Source: Nitrosarchaeum sp. (GTDB taxonomy: Archaea; Thermoproteota; Nitrososphaeria; Nitrososphaerales; Nitrosopumilaceae). Taken from it: DNA of 64,000 nt. The translations under genes and the position numbers were made by a program. This document shows, one piece after another, positions 10,245 through 19,604 of the stretch; position 1 is the first letter of the stretch; every line of letters starts with the position of its first letter. The stretch lies in NCBI GenBank assembly GCA_965223865.1, contig OZ245020.1:1376001-1440000 (forward strand), read 5' to 3'. The notes under the pieces are model-generated. The model saw nothing but the letters and a program-made list of their open reading frames with translations. It did not search any database and had not been told where the DNA came from.

Positions 10245-10763
10245 ATGGTATTGAATCATTTATTGAATTTGTTGTGTCTTTGATTTATGAGAACAGATAT
10301 CCAGATGTTTTTTTAGCAGCCTATATAGAAACTGTTTTTCCCCTATTCCAAATGAAGTTGTGTTTCCATTGGCAGGGCATAGATTGTTGAAAAATAAGAT
10401 GTACCGTTTTCATATAATTGGGGCGGATTTGTAAGAGGATCAGGTGCAACTACTGGCGCATTTGTAATTTACATTATTTCAAAAGTTTTGGGCCAAACAG
10501 GTTTAGTAGAATATCTAAAATATGCCAAGATAAGAATTCAATTTAAAGAAAGCAGTAAGGGGTTTGCAAGATATAATAATAAATCAGTACTTATTGGAAG
10601 ACTGATACTAGGAATACAGGATTGGTATCAATTCCAACAGGAATTTTCAATATGAATCCTATAAAATCACTAATTTTTTTCTATGATTGAGTCATTTATG
10701 TGGAGTATTGTTCCTACAGCAATAGAATATTATTCTGGAATTGCAACAATTGGCTTTTTTTAA
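10241..10763 (+). pseudogene. Degenerate DedA-family membrane protein gene
   Basis: Fragments across frameshifts: IETVFP / IPNEVVFPLAG, GATTGAFVIY, SVLIGRLILGI / VSIPTGIFNMN. Confidence 0.8.
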
Positions 10764-10809
10764 ATTTAAAAAGTAAAACACCTATTAAGAAAAATTCTAA
10801 AAGAATTTT

Positions 10810-11055
10810 GTGCTTACAGATAGAGAGATAGCTATTTACTCATTAGGAAAAACCGAAGGAATCAATTCAATTGCAGAAACTCTGGGAAAAGGACTGGATG
10901 ATGAAAAATACATCGAATCATGGAACAAGACAATGGAACTGCTAGGTATCAAAATGCCATTAAAAGAATTAGAAAAGATATACAACGAATTTGCCAAAAA
11001 AATGGAAAACATTGTTAGTTTAGAAGAACAGAGTTCAAAAAATCAAGAGCAATAA
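10810..11055 (+). CDS. Hypothetical protein
   Basis: 81-aa ORF, GTG start, TATA-like box upstream. Confidence 0.6.
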   Translation: MLTDREIAIYSLGKTEGINSIAETLGKGLDDEKYIESWNKTMELLGIKMPLKELEKIYNEFAKKMENIVSLEEQSSKNQEQ

Positions 11056-11269
11056 CAGAAAAAAATCACAAGCTACATTACTAGAGCAGCCACAAATTTG
11101 GCTATATTTTGTGAGATTTGTAAGAAAAGGCAGAAAGAAATAGAATGATTAATTATAAAATTTGAAAAAATCTAGGTAAAAAATCCTTTTTTGAGTAATT
11201 ATAGTAATAATCAAGACCTGAATCAAAAATTCAACTAAATTATAAATTCAATAAATTTCAAATATTATA

Positions 11270-11941
11270 ATGAAGGCAATTATTTTAGCTGGTGGTAGAG
11301 GAAAAAGATTACGTCCCATTACTGATTACGTTCCAAAACCGCTTGTTCCATTAAACAACATTCCAATCTTAGAATGGCAGATAAAATATTTAAAAAAATT
11401 TGGCATAAATGAGATTATAATTTGCACCGGATACAAAACCGAAATGATCGAAAATTACCTAGCAATGAAAAAAAACATGGGTATCAAAATCAAATTTTCT
11501 AAAGAAAAAACTCCACTTGGCACAGGAGGAGCAATAAAACAAGCAACCAAATTAATTAAGGATAAATCATTTTTTGTTTTAAATGGCGATATCATAACAA
11601 ATATTGATCTGAATAAGTTAGCAAAATCTCCAAACTCAATTGCTGCAATTGAATTGAGAACAAAATTTGGGATTATGGATACTGATGATGACAAAGTTAC
11701 TAAATTTCGAGAAAAAAAAGAGATTTCGGATTTGTGGATGAATGCTGGAATTTACCATATAGTTAAACAAACTATCAAAGATCTACCAGATAAAGGAGAC
11801 ATTGAGAAGACAGTATTTCCAGATTATGCAGAAAAAAGAAAGTTAAACACAGTAAAATTCAAAAATGTAAAATGGTACTCTGTAGATTCCTTTAAGGATA
11901 TGGAAGAGTGTTCTATGGAAATTGACAAAATAATAAAATAA
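11270..11941 (+). CDS. Sugar-phosphate nucleotidyltransferase
   Basis: KAIILAGGRGKRLRPIT..PKPL, LGTGGA and VLNGD motifs. Confidence 0.92.
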   Translation: MKAIILAGGRGKRLRPITDYVPKPLVPLNNIPILEWQIKYLKKFGINEIIICTGYKTEMIENYLAMKKNMGIKIKFSKEKTPLGTGGAIKQATKLIKDKSFFVLNGDIITNIDLNKLAKSPNSIAAIELRTKFGIMDTDDDKVTKFREKKEISDLWMNAGIYHIVKQTIKDLPDKGDIEKTVFPDYAEKRKLNTVKFKNVKWYSVDSFKDMEECSMEIDKIIK

Positions 11942-12252
11942 TCAAGTGTCTATTAGGCACCAGTTCTATGTAATGTTACCATTACATAAGCTATTTCGCT
12001 AACAAAAGACTCGTCATCTTTTTTTAATGATGCATATTTTGTAGCATTAGCCCAAAAGGACCCATCAGAGTTGTTTTGCTCAGGATAGAATTGTTCTCTC
12101 AATAATTTGTGTTAGTATTCAATTTCATAATTAATGACCTCAATGATAATTAACCTATTACTAAAAGAGATGAACAGATTTTTACAATTTTTTATTATGC
12201 CTTTATTTTAGGCACAAATTTCAAGATTTTTAATCATTTTAAAAATTTAAAA

Positions 12253-12522
12253 TTAATCTAATTCCAACAGTAAGGCTTTAAAAAATTCAACGTCCTTTTG
12301 TAAATTTTTAATTTCAAATTCTATTATATCAACTGCAATCTCAAAATTTCCTTCCTGAACTTGTCTTTTTCTTGTCTTAATCGGATTTTTCTTTAATCGA
12401 ATTTTACTAATTATCATTTCTGTGGCGTGAGATAATGTCAGAGATTCTAAAGGAGATTTGAAATTAAGGGTGTCGATATTAAACGAGTCAGGGGAAAACA
12501 GATACACTAGAATATTCCTCAA
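12253..12522 (-). CDS. Hypothetical protein (start uncertain)
   Basis: ORF with coiled-coil C-terminus. Confidence 0.4.
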   Translation of the reverse strand: MRNILVYLFSPDSFNIDTLNFKSPLESLTLSHATEMIISKIRLKKNPIKTRKRQVQEGNFEIAVDIIEFEIKNLQKDVEFFKALLLELD

Positions 12523-12535
12523 TTAGAATAAATTT

Positions 12536-13504
12536 ATGAAAATATCATACAGTTTAGGCTCCCTTTTAACAGTCAAACAAGTATTAGAATGCTCAAAGAT
12601 ATTGTCAAAAACTACCACTAACACAGTATGGATTCCTGAAACATGGGGTATGGAAAATTTTGCAATGCTAAGTATGGTGTCGCAGAATGCACCTAACGTA
12701 AGAGTTGGTTCTTCAATTATCAACATTTACTCAAGAAGCCCAGCATCTATAGCAATGGGAGCAACAACTGTGGATACATTATCAAATGGAAGACTAATTT
12801 TAGGTTTAGGTACTAGCAGTATTCCAATAGTTGAAGAATTTCATGGTTATAAATTTGAAAATCCTGTTTTACGAATGAAAGAATATGTTGAAATTATTCG
12901 ATTAGCATTTTCTGGAAAAAAAATAAACTACTCGGGTAAAATATTTAGTTTGAAAAATTTTTCTCTGTTGATAAAACCTCCTAGAGAAAATATCCCGATT
13001 TATCTTGCTGCAATTAATCAAAGAATGGTTAATTTAACATGGGATATTGCAGATGGCGTTATTTTTTATTTACGTCCTATTGATGAAATGAAAAAAACGA
13101 TTCAAAAAATGCAAAACAAGAAAAAGATAGATGTCACGTGTCAACTAATCACGTGTGTTTCAACAGATTCAGAAAAAGCTGTTACTAGAGCAAAACAAAC
13201 TTTAGCATTTTATGTTTCTGTAGGTACAATTTATCGTAAATTTTTAGCAGAAAATGGATTTAAAGATGAAACTAGAAATATTTTTGAAGAATTTAAAAAA
13301 TCAGGTTTTAAATCAAATCATCAATTAGTAAGTGATAAAATGCTAAAAGCCCTAACTGTGTGTGGTACTCCTGATCAATGTCAAATTCAACTAGACAAAT
13401 TCAATGAAACTGGAATTGATTTACCAATAATTCAATTCAATCCTGTAGGAGATGTAATTGAATCATTCAAATTATTTGTAAAAACATTTTCTGAAGAAAG
13501 ATGA
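12536..13504 (+). CDS. LLM-class (probably F420-dependent) oxidoreductase
   Basis: WIPETWG, TLSNGRLILGLG, PIYLAA and ADGVI motifs. Confidence 0.9.
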   Translation: MKISYSLGSLLTVKQVLECSKILSKTTTNTVWIPETWGMENFAMLSMVSQNAPNVRVGSSIINIYSRSPASIAMGATTVDTLSNGRLILGLGTSSIPIVEEFHGYKFENPVLRMKEYVEIIRLAFSGKKINYSGKIFSLKNFSLLIKPPRENIPIYLAAINQRMVNLTWDIADGVIFYLRPIDEMKKTIQKMQNKKKIDVTCQLITCVSTDSEKAVTRAKQTLAFYVSVGTIYRKFLAENGFKDETRNIFEEFKKSGFKSNHQLVSDKMLKALTVCGTPDQCQIQLDKFNETGIDLPIIQFNPVGDVIESFKLFVKTFSEER

Positions 13505-14613
13505 TTAACAAAGTAGGAATTGCCACATATGGAATAACTAAATTTTCAAGAGAAGATGTTAAAATTGAATCGGTTTTATTAAAAGCCACAAAAAATCTTT
13601 TTGATAATTGTTCAAATTTAAATCAAAAAGATATTGATGCAGCAATAGTATCGACAAATAACAACTCAAAGTACCTTTCACCTATTTTAGCAGAAATGGC
13701 AGGAATACAACCTAAAATTGCACATTCTGTTGAAAGTTTATGTAATTCTGGAACAAATGCAATTGTTTCAGCTTACTCATACATTGCATCTGGTCTGGCC
13801 GAAGTCGTTTTGGTAGGAGGCGCAGAAAGGTATGATAGTCCAGGGCAAATTTTAGAATGGGATAATTCTAGAGGAAAATTCAAACACCCGGTATTTTGGG
13901 CATCTATTTTTACAAAGTCATATAAAAGAAGGTATTCTGTTAGCGATGAAGATCTGGCATTGGTTTCTGTAAAAAATCACAGACAAGCTCAAAAAAACCC
14001 ATACGCATTATCTGATAAAGAATATACTTTGAGAGAAGTATTAGAATCAAAAAAATTAACAGATGACCTTAGATTACTTGATTGTTCAAGGCCTTGTACA
14101 GGGGGGGCTTCAATTATTTTAGCATCAGAAAACAAAATTAAAGAATTTACAGACACCCCAATTTGGATTACAGGAATTGGACAAAAAACAACATCTGCTG
14201 GTTTTACAAAGAGCACTGACTTTAGTTCAATGGAATCATCTACATTTGCTGCCCAATCTGCATTAAAAATGTCAAATCATCAATCAAAAGAAATAGATGT
14301 TGCAGAGATTCATGATGCCTTTTCTGTATGTGAACCTATGGCTTTAGAATCAATTGGAATCACAGAGAAAGGAAATGGAATGAACCTAGTCAAAGAATTG
14401 GTATCTACAAATAATTCAAAAATTAATCCACGTGGAGGATTAATAGGATCTGGTCATCCATTGGGAGCAACTGGAATCGCTCAGACAATTGAAGTTTCAC
14501 AACAATTACAAAGGAAAGCAGAATCCAGGCAAATTGACAATCCAAAAGTAGGTTTAATTCACAACATATCAGCTGCATCAACTTCCTCTACTGTCTTGGT
14601 ATTAGAAAATTGA
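13501..14613 (+). CDS. Thiolase family protein
   Basis: ESLCNSG, AEIHDAF and NPRGGLIGSGHPLGATG motifs. Confidence 0.92.
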   Translation: MINKVGIATYGITKFSREDVKIESVLLKATKNLFDNCSNLNQKDIDAAIVSTNNNSKYLSPILAEMAGIQPKIAHSVESLCNSGTNAIVSAYSYIASGLAEVVLVGGAERYDSPGQILEWDNSRGKFKHPVFWASIFTKSYKRRYSVSDEDLALVSVKNHRQAQKNPYALSDKEYTLREVLESKKLTDDLRLLDCSRPCTGGASIILASENKIKEFTDTPIWITGIGQKTTSAGFTKSTDFSSMESSTFAAQSALKMSNHQSKEIDVAEIHDAFSVCEPMALESIGITEKGNGMNLVKELVSTNNSKINPRGGLIGSGHPLGATGIAQTIEVSQQLQRKAESRQIDNPKVGLIHNISAASTSSTVLVLEN

Positions 14614-14927
14614 ATTTTGAATCTGAAATAAAAAAAGGAAATTTTGTAGTAGGGGAATGCACTAAATGTAAAAAAACTGTTTGGCCACCTTCAGATTATT
14701 GCAATAGATGTTTTGGGGAGGTCGTATTAAAGAAAGCACCTGAAGAAGGAAAAATAATAGAATTTTCAAAAGAAGGTGAAAATTATTTTTGTCTAGTGGA
14801 ATTTGAAAAGGAAGTGAAAATTATGGGGAAGATTTCTTCAGGAGTTCCAAAAAATAATCAAATAGTAAAAATTGAAAAGTGTGGCATACAAGATGATAAT
14901 TATTTTTTTGAATTTTCTTCAGATTAA
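14610..14927 (+). CDS. DUF35-type zinc-ribbon/OB-fold protein
   Basis: CTKC..WPP..YCNRC; directly after the thiolase. Confidence 0.88.
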   Translation: MNFESEIKKGNFVVGECTKCKKTVWPPSDYCNRCFGEVVLKKAPEEGKIIEFSKEGENYFCLVEFEKEVKIMGKISSGVPKNNQIVKIEKCGIQDDNYFFEFSSD

Positions 14928-15751
14928 TTAAAACTCGTATAGATATATGGTGTGTCTATTGTTTGATCAAAAGTCCAAACTGTAGGAAGAAAAATAGTTG
15001 TAATTTCGTTTAGATCAAATTTATCAATTAATGAACTCCAACCTCCTGATTTTTGATTTGCAGATAATTGTTTTTTAGAATGAGAACCAGCAAAAACAAG
15101 ACAGGTATTTTTTTTAAGATTTTCAATTGAATTAATTTTTTCGATAATACTTGTGGCTAATACATCACCTCCCATTTGTGGCAAACCTCCAATGAAAAAG
15201 GCAGGCTTTGTTAATTTTAAAGACGAATAATCAAATTCTAAGGCATCTGCACAATTTGGATTAAAATCAATTTGTGTAGAAGATGCAATAATTTTTTGCA
15301 AATCAACTAACACATCATCTATTTCGACGCCATGTGATTCTAGTCCCAAAATCTTACCACAATATGCAATTCTGCCGTCTCCTGAACCAATATCTATCAA
15401 TTCTTTAAACCCAAGATTCTTGGCAGTTACTGCCATCAAATATGCTGAAAATATCCATGTCGGATAAAATGGTTGGCAACTTGAACCGTGTTTAATACTA
15501 TTTAACCAATATTCGTTTATGTCTCCTTCATACACCATACAAGAAACATTTGAGATTTTTTCTGCATAAGAGTTATTGTAAATTGGATTTTTATTGGCAA
15601 ACAAATGTAGATATTTCAAATCATTTTTTTCTATTGGAAATGTTTCTGAAGAGTCAAAAGGAATAATTTCTTGTATATGGCTTTTTCTTGTATAATTTTG
15701 AGCAAATTCTTTTTTTAAAAGACATAAGTTTTCAGATATTTTTTCTAACAC
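14924..15751 (-). CDS. Putative SAM-dependent methyltransferase
   Basis: FYPT, LIDIGSGDGRI and GVEID motifs. Confidence 0.75.
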   Translation of the reverse strand: MLEKISENLCLLKKEFAQNYTRKSHIQEIIPFDSSETFPIEKNDLKYLHLFANKNPIYNNSYAEKISNVSCMVYEGDINEYWLNSIKHGSSCQPFYPTWIFSAYLMAVTAKNLGFKELIDIGSGDGRIAYCGKILGLESHGVEIDDVLVDLQKIIASSTQIDFNPNCADALEFDYSSLKLTKPAFFIGGLPQMGGDVLATSIIEKINSIENLKKNTCLVFAGSHSKKQLSANQKSGGWSSLIDKFDLNEITTIFLPTVWTFDQTIDTPYIYTSFN

Positions 15752-15804
15752 TATATCTTCATTTTAAAAAGGGATTGATAAACTCACTGAATTAAGATTA
15801 TACA

Positions 15805-15996
15805 TTACAATGAATTTTGATTTAGTATATTCCGTATCTCATTTTCCACTTTTTTTAATTCTTCAAAAGTAATTTTTATTAATTTTTTGATTTCATCAGA
15901 ATTGGTTTCATCAATGCTCCTAAATTCCAGGTGTTTTATGGTATAGAGATAAAAATCTCGTTTTTCTAACAATTCTTCAATTTCAATTTCTGACAC
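15805..15996 (-). CDS. Small hypothetical helical protein
   Basis: 63-aa ORF. Confidence 0.55.
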   Translation of the reverse strand: MSEIEIEELLEKRDFYLYTIKHLEFRSIDETNSDEIKKLIKITFEELKKVENEIRNILNQNSL

Positions 15997-16228
15997 ATTA
16001 ATACTTCAACCAACTCTTATTTTAGAAATATTAAAAATTTTTTAGATGATTTTAGAATAGTTGAATGATCAACAGTCATCGAAATTCATATCTGAATCGA
16101 TATTTTTTCTTCAAATATGTTAAAAATTCTATCTATTTGATTCCTACCTTGCGTAAAATGACAATCTCATGACATTTAATTGAGTTATTATGTAATTACC
16201 AGCCTTACTATATCTCAACTTGTAAAAA

Positions 16229-16789
16229 ATGGTAATGAAAAGCGGAGCAGTATTGATGGCAAAATCAAAAAAAACTGTCAATAAAAAAAATAAAAAAAGT
16301 TCACGAATTCGAAGACAAAGAGGATATCATTGGGAGGACACCATAGCGAAAAGATTTAACTCAATAGAGGGATGGAAGGCATTCAGATTAGGATCTCCTA
16401 GCACAGGATTACCAGATATTCTTGCTGTGAATACTAGAGAGAAAACAATTTTTACTATTGAGGCAAAATCAGGAACTGGTACCTCTTTACCTGTTCCAGC
16501 AGATCAGATAGAAAGATGTGACAAATGGATAAAGACATTTGATATTTACAACAATCGAAAGGTAATACTGGCATTCAAGTTCCTTTCAAAAAAGAGAGTA
16601 GGTCTTGGTGAATATGAAGGAAGGCAATTAAGAGAATTTTTCAAAATATGGGATGGTTCACTAGAATTCAGTAACTGTGTTTGTACTTATGATGGAGAAG
16701 TATTTACAAATGTTAACGGAAGGCGAGAGAAAATTCTTTTAAAAGAATGCAAAATGCCGTTTAAGACAAAACAAAGATCTAATGCCTAA
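16229..16789 (+). CDS. Hjc-like PD-(D/E)xK Holliday junction resolvase
   Basis: RGYHWE, GSPSTGLPDILAV and TIEAKS motifs. Confidence 0.8.
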   Translation: MVMKSGAVLMAKSKKTVNKKNKKSSRIRRQRGYHWEDTIAKRFNSIEGWKAFRLGSPSTGLPDILAVNTREKTIFTIEAKSGTGTSLPVPADQIERCDKWIKTFDIYNNRKVILAFKFLSKKRVGLGEYEGRQLREFFKIWDGSLEFSNCVCTYDGEVFTNVNGRREKILLKECKMPFKTKQRSNA

Positions 16790-16842
16790 CTTTCAAAATT
16801 TGGCATCAGATCATTTTTTAATGATGTACAAAAAATATTTTC

Positions 16843-17865
16843 ATGTCGGATAATAATAATCAAAATCATAAAGATTTAAAAAAAACAGAATCAACTGAAC
16901 CAGCTCCTGAAGCTGTAGTGGAATCAACTGAACCAGCTCCTGAAGCTGTAGTGGAATCAACTGAACCAGCTCCTGAAGCTGTAGTGGAATCAACTGAACC
17001 AGCTCCTGAAGCTGTAGTGGAATCAACTGAACCAGCTCCTGAAGCTGTAGTGGAATCAACTGAACCAGCTCCTGAAGCTGTAGTGGAATCAACTGAACCA
17101 GCTCCTGAAGCTGTAGTGGAATCAACTGAACCAGCTCCTGAAGCTGTAGTGGAATCAACTGAACCAGCTCCTGAAGCTGTAGTGGAATCAACTGAACCAG
17201 CTCCTGAAGCTGTAGTGGAATCAACTGAACCAGCTCCTGAAGCTGTAGTGGAATCAACTGAACCAGCTCCTGAAGCTGTAGTGGAATCAACTGAACCAGC
17301 TCCTGAAGCTGTAGTGGAATCAACTGAACCAGCTCCTGAAGCTGTAGTGGAATCAACTGAACCAGCTCCTGAAGCTGTAGTGGAATCAGAAGCTGTTGTA
17401 GAAGAAAAGGAACCGATCATCATCACTGAAGAATCTTTTGAGAAAGATGAAGAACCGACATCTGATTATTTAGTGGCGGTTTCAGAATCTGAACACAGTT
17501 CTAGAATAAGCTTTGAAGAATTTACCGATGAAAAGTTGTTGGTAAGCCATGATGCTTTTGGAAATAAGCAGATGAAGATCAAAGTTCTCGAAGTATCTGA
17601 TGAGAATCCACCATCAAAATGGAAGTTCGGTGACCGTGTAAAAGTAAGTAAAATACTTGTTACAATAAAACATCTTACAACACAAGAAGTTGAAGAAGGA
17701 GAATTTGACATTGAGGCAATTGAGCGTGAATTGGCAGAAAAACGTCATTACACATCTACAAATCGGTGGATTCCTGCAAATGATATCAAAAACGGGTATG
17801 TTGTAGGGTCACGTCATACTACCTTGATCAGTGATGCTTCTGCCTTAGACTATATTGTCTTCTAG
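16843..17865 (+). CDS. Acidic protein with repeat linker and globular C-terminal domain
   Basis: ESTEPAPEAVV x15, then a ~160-aa non-repetitive domain. Confidence 0.8.
   Translation: MSDNNNQNHKDLKKTESTEPAPEAVVESTEPAPEAVVESTEPAPEAVVESTEPAPEAVVESTEPAPEAVVESTEPAPEAVVESTEPAPEAVVESTEPAPEAVVESTEPAPEAVVESTEPAPEAVVESTEPAPEAVVESTEPAPEAVVESTEPAPEAVVESTEPAPEAVVESTEPAPEAVVESEAVVEEKEPIIITEESFEKDEEPTSDYLVAVSESEHSSRISFEEFTDEKLLVSHDAFGNKQMKIKVLEVSDENPPSKWKFGDRVKVSKILVTIKHLTTQEVEEGEFDIEAIERELAEKRHYTSTNRWIPANDIKNGYVVGSRHTTLISDASALDYIVF
16888..17382 (+). repeat. Perfect 33-bp tandem repeat, 15 copies
   Basis: GAATCAACTGAACCAGCTCCTGAAGCTGTAGTG x15 (495 bp), no spacers. Confidence 0.97.
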
Positions 17866-17938
17866 TTGTTCAAGTCTAAACGCTTTGCATCACAATTGAA
17901 CTAAAAACATTTAAGCATTAGAATTTGAAAGCTGAGAT

Positions 17939-18265
17939 ATGAGTTCAAGACAAGTTGAAGTTAACGGTACAGACTATAGAATAGTATTGACTGAGCAAGT
18001 AATTGGTCATGTCAATAATCTAAAAAATCTATACAATGCTGCATATGAAGATCCAGAAAGTTTTGAAGATGTTAGTGCTGAAATATCAAGTACAATTAAT
18101 GAAATAGCAAGTACTGTAGAACCTGAGGCAGAAGACAGTGATCTTGATGGACTTATTCAAGAGATTATCAAAGCTGTAGATAATAAAGCAGCTGAAATAG
18201 AAAAAGAGCTAGAGGGAAAACCAGAAAAAACATCAAAAAAATCTAAATCAAAATCCAAAAAATAG
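17939..18265 (+). CDS. Hypothetical protein
   Basis: Acidic 108-aa ORF with Lys-rich tail. Confidence 0.7.
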   Translation: MSSRQVEVNGTDYRIVLTEQVIGHVNNLKNLYNAAYEDPESFEDVSAEISSTINEIASTVEPEAEDSDLDGLIQEIIKAVDNKAAEIEKELEGKPEKTSKKSKSKSKK

Positions 18266-18333
18266 GGTCAATTGACCTTAAAATCAGGAAAATTTGAAGT
18301 ATTAGTTATATTGTAAAAAAATCCAGTAAGTAT

Positions 18334-18450
18334 ATGGCAGGAAGTTGTGAATGCGGTATTTGTGGTCACCATTCAGAAGAAGAATGTAGGAAAAAAGAAT
18401 GTAAATGCTGTTTAAATTTCCATATTCGATCAGGTCCCAAGACAAAATAA
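18334..18450 (+). CDS. Cys/His-rich metallothionein-like microprotein (38 aa)
   Basis: MAGSCECGICGHHSEEECRKKECKCCLNFHIRSGPKTK*; TTATAT box about 28 nt upstream. Confidence 0.65.
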   Translation: MAGSCECGICGHHSEEECRKKECKCCLNFHIRSGPKTK

Positions 18451-18482
18451 TCTAAATTTTCAAGCAAAATAATTTTTTGTTT

Positions 18483-18587
18483 CTATTTTTTAAAACAAGA
18501 GCATTTTTTAGCTAAATGCTTTGAGCAGCCAATTAATTTGTGATCTTGGCACCCACATAAAACACATTTTTTCTGTTTTTCAGTCAT
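18483..18587 (-). CDS. Cys-rich microprotein (34 aa)
   Basis: MTEKQKKCVLCGCQDHKLIGCSKHLAKKCSCFKK*; ATGA overlap with the upstream gene. Confidence 0.65.
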   Translation of the reverse strand: MTEKQKKCVLCGCQDHKLIGCSKHLAKKCSCFKK

Positions 18588-18958
18588 AAATCCTCTATCG
18601 CTTCCTGAATTCTATCCATCAATTTTTTGTCTTGAAGGGACTCTATTATCTTTAAGCGCAAGTTTTTGATTCTGCTGGTATCTTCTGAGTATAAAGGAGC
18701 CATGGTCTCAATCTCTTTTGCAAAATAATAAGAATCCATGTAATTTTCTAATTTTATTTTGATGTCTGACAAATTTTTTGATTGGTAATCTTCAGAGTCT
18801 AGTTTTCGAATAATCACATTAAAAAAACCAACAATTCTAAGTGATTCTTTTTTTATGATCTCCAAATCTCCTGGTTTGTCATTTAATTTTAGTAAGATGG
18901 AATAAGATTCGACGATTTTTTCAAAAATTCCTTTAAGATACTCGTTCCATGTAACCAT
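18584..18958 (-). CDS. Hypothetical helical protein
   Basis: 124-aa ORF. Confidence 0.7.
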   Translation of the reverse strand: MVTWNEYLKGIFEKIVESYSILLKLNDKPGDLEIIKKESLRIVGFFNVIIRKLDSEDYQSKNLSDIKIKLENYMDSYYFAKEIETMAPLYSEDTSRIKNLRLKIIESLQDKKLMDRIQEAIEDL

Positions 18959-19077
18959 AATTAATTCACTATTCTCAATTTCAATCTATAGTTTAGGGAT
19001 TAAAATATGACTTTTACCTAAATATCGATATTGAATCTAAACAATACGCTTAATTTTATATAATTTCAATTGATTGT

Positions 19078-19497
19078 ATGATAAACCCAGAGTTAATGAA
19101 ATTACTTGAATCTATTGATGTTTTAGAGATCTTGCGCGATTCTGTAACTTATCAAATACAGAAAATTCATAATGTTGAAAAAACTACCGAAGGCAGAGAC
19201 TGGTATCAAGAATTACCTCAGATAGTTAAAGAGAAGTTTAATAATTACAAAAAGGATTATGAACACCTGGCATTAATTTTAAAATCAGAACCAGAAAAGA
19301 TCACATCTGAGATGAACAAGGGATATTATTATTGGAGATTGATACGTTCTGCCTGTATCACATATAGAAATGATCTTACTGACTATGATCAACAGCTATT
19401 TCATGAATTTAATCTAAAAGAAACCGAAGCAATATCAGATAATGTTGTATTGAATAAATGCATCGGAGTTTTAGAACAACACGTAGTTGAAAATTAG
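19078..19497 (+). CDS. Hypothetical protein
   Basis: 139-aa ORF. Confidence 0.7.
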   Translation: MINPELMKLLESIDVLEILRDSVTYQIQKIHNVEKTTEGRDWYQELPQIVKEKFNNYKKDYEHLALILKSEPEKITSEMNKGYYYWRLIRSACITYRNDLTDYDQQLFHEFNLKETEAISDNVVLNKCIGVLEQHVVEN

Positions 19498-19604
19498 AGG
19501 ATTTTCAAGAATAATTATCAATGTTAATTTGAATAAAGGGTTATTCCTTTAATCTCAGTTTTTCTTCTAACTTTAAATTATCATGATATGTCCCCTAATT
19601 CACT

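Noticed and set aside
12536-14927. LLM-thiolase-DUF35 cluster as a novel pathway
   Set aside because: Thiolase-DUF35 pairing is an established archaeal arrangement, linked to HMG-CoA synthase in the mevalonate route.
16841-17426. Antisense ORFs of 171 and 186 aa; possible CRISPR array
   Set aside because: By-products of the 33-bp tandem repeat. There are no unique spacers and no cas genes.
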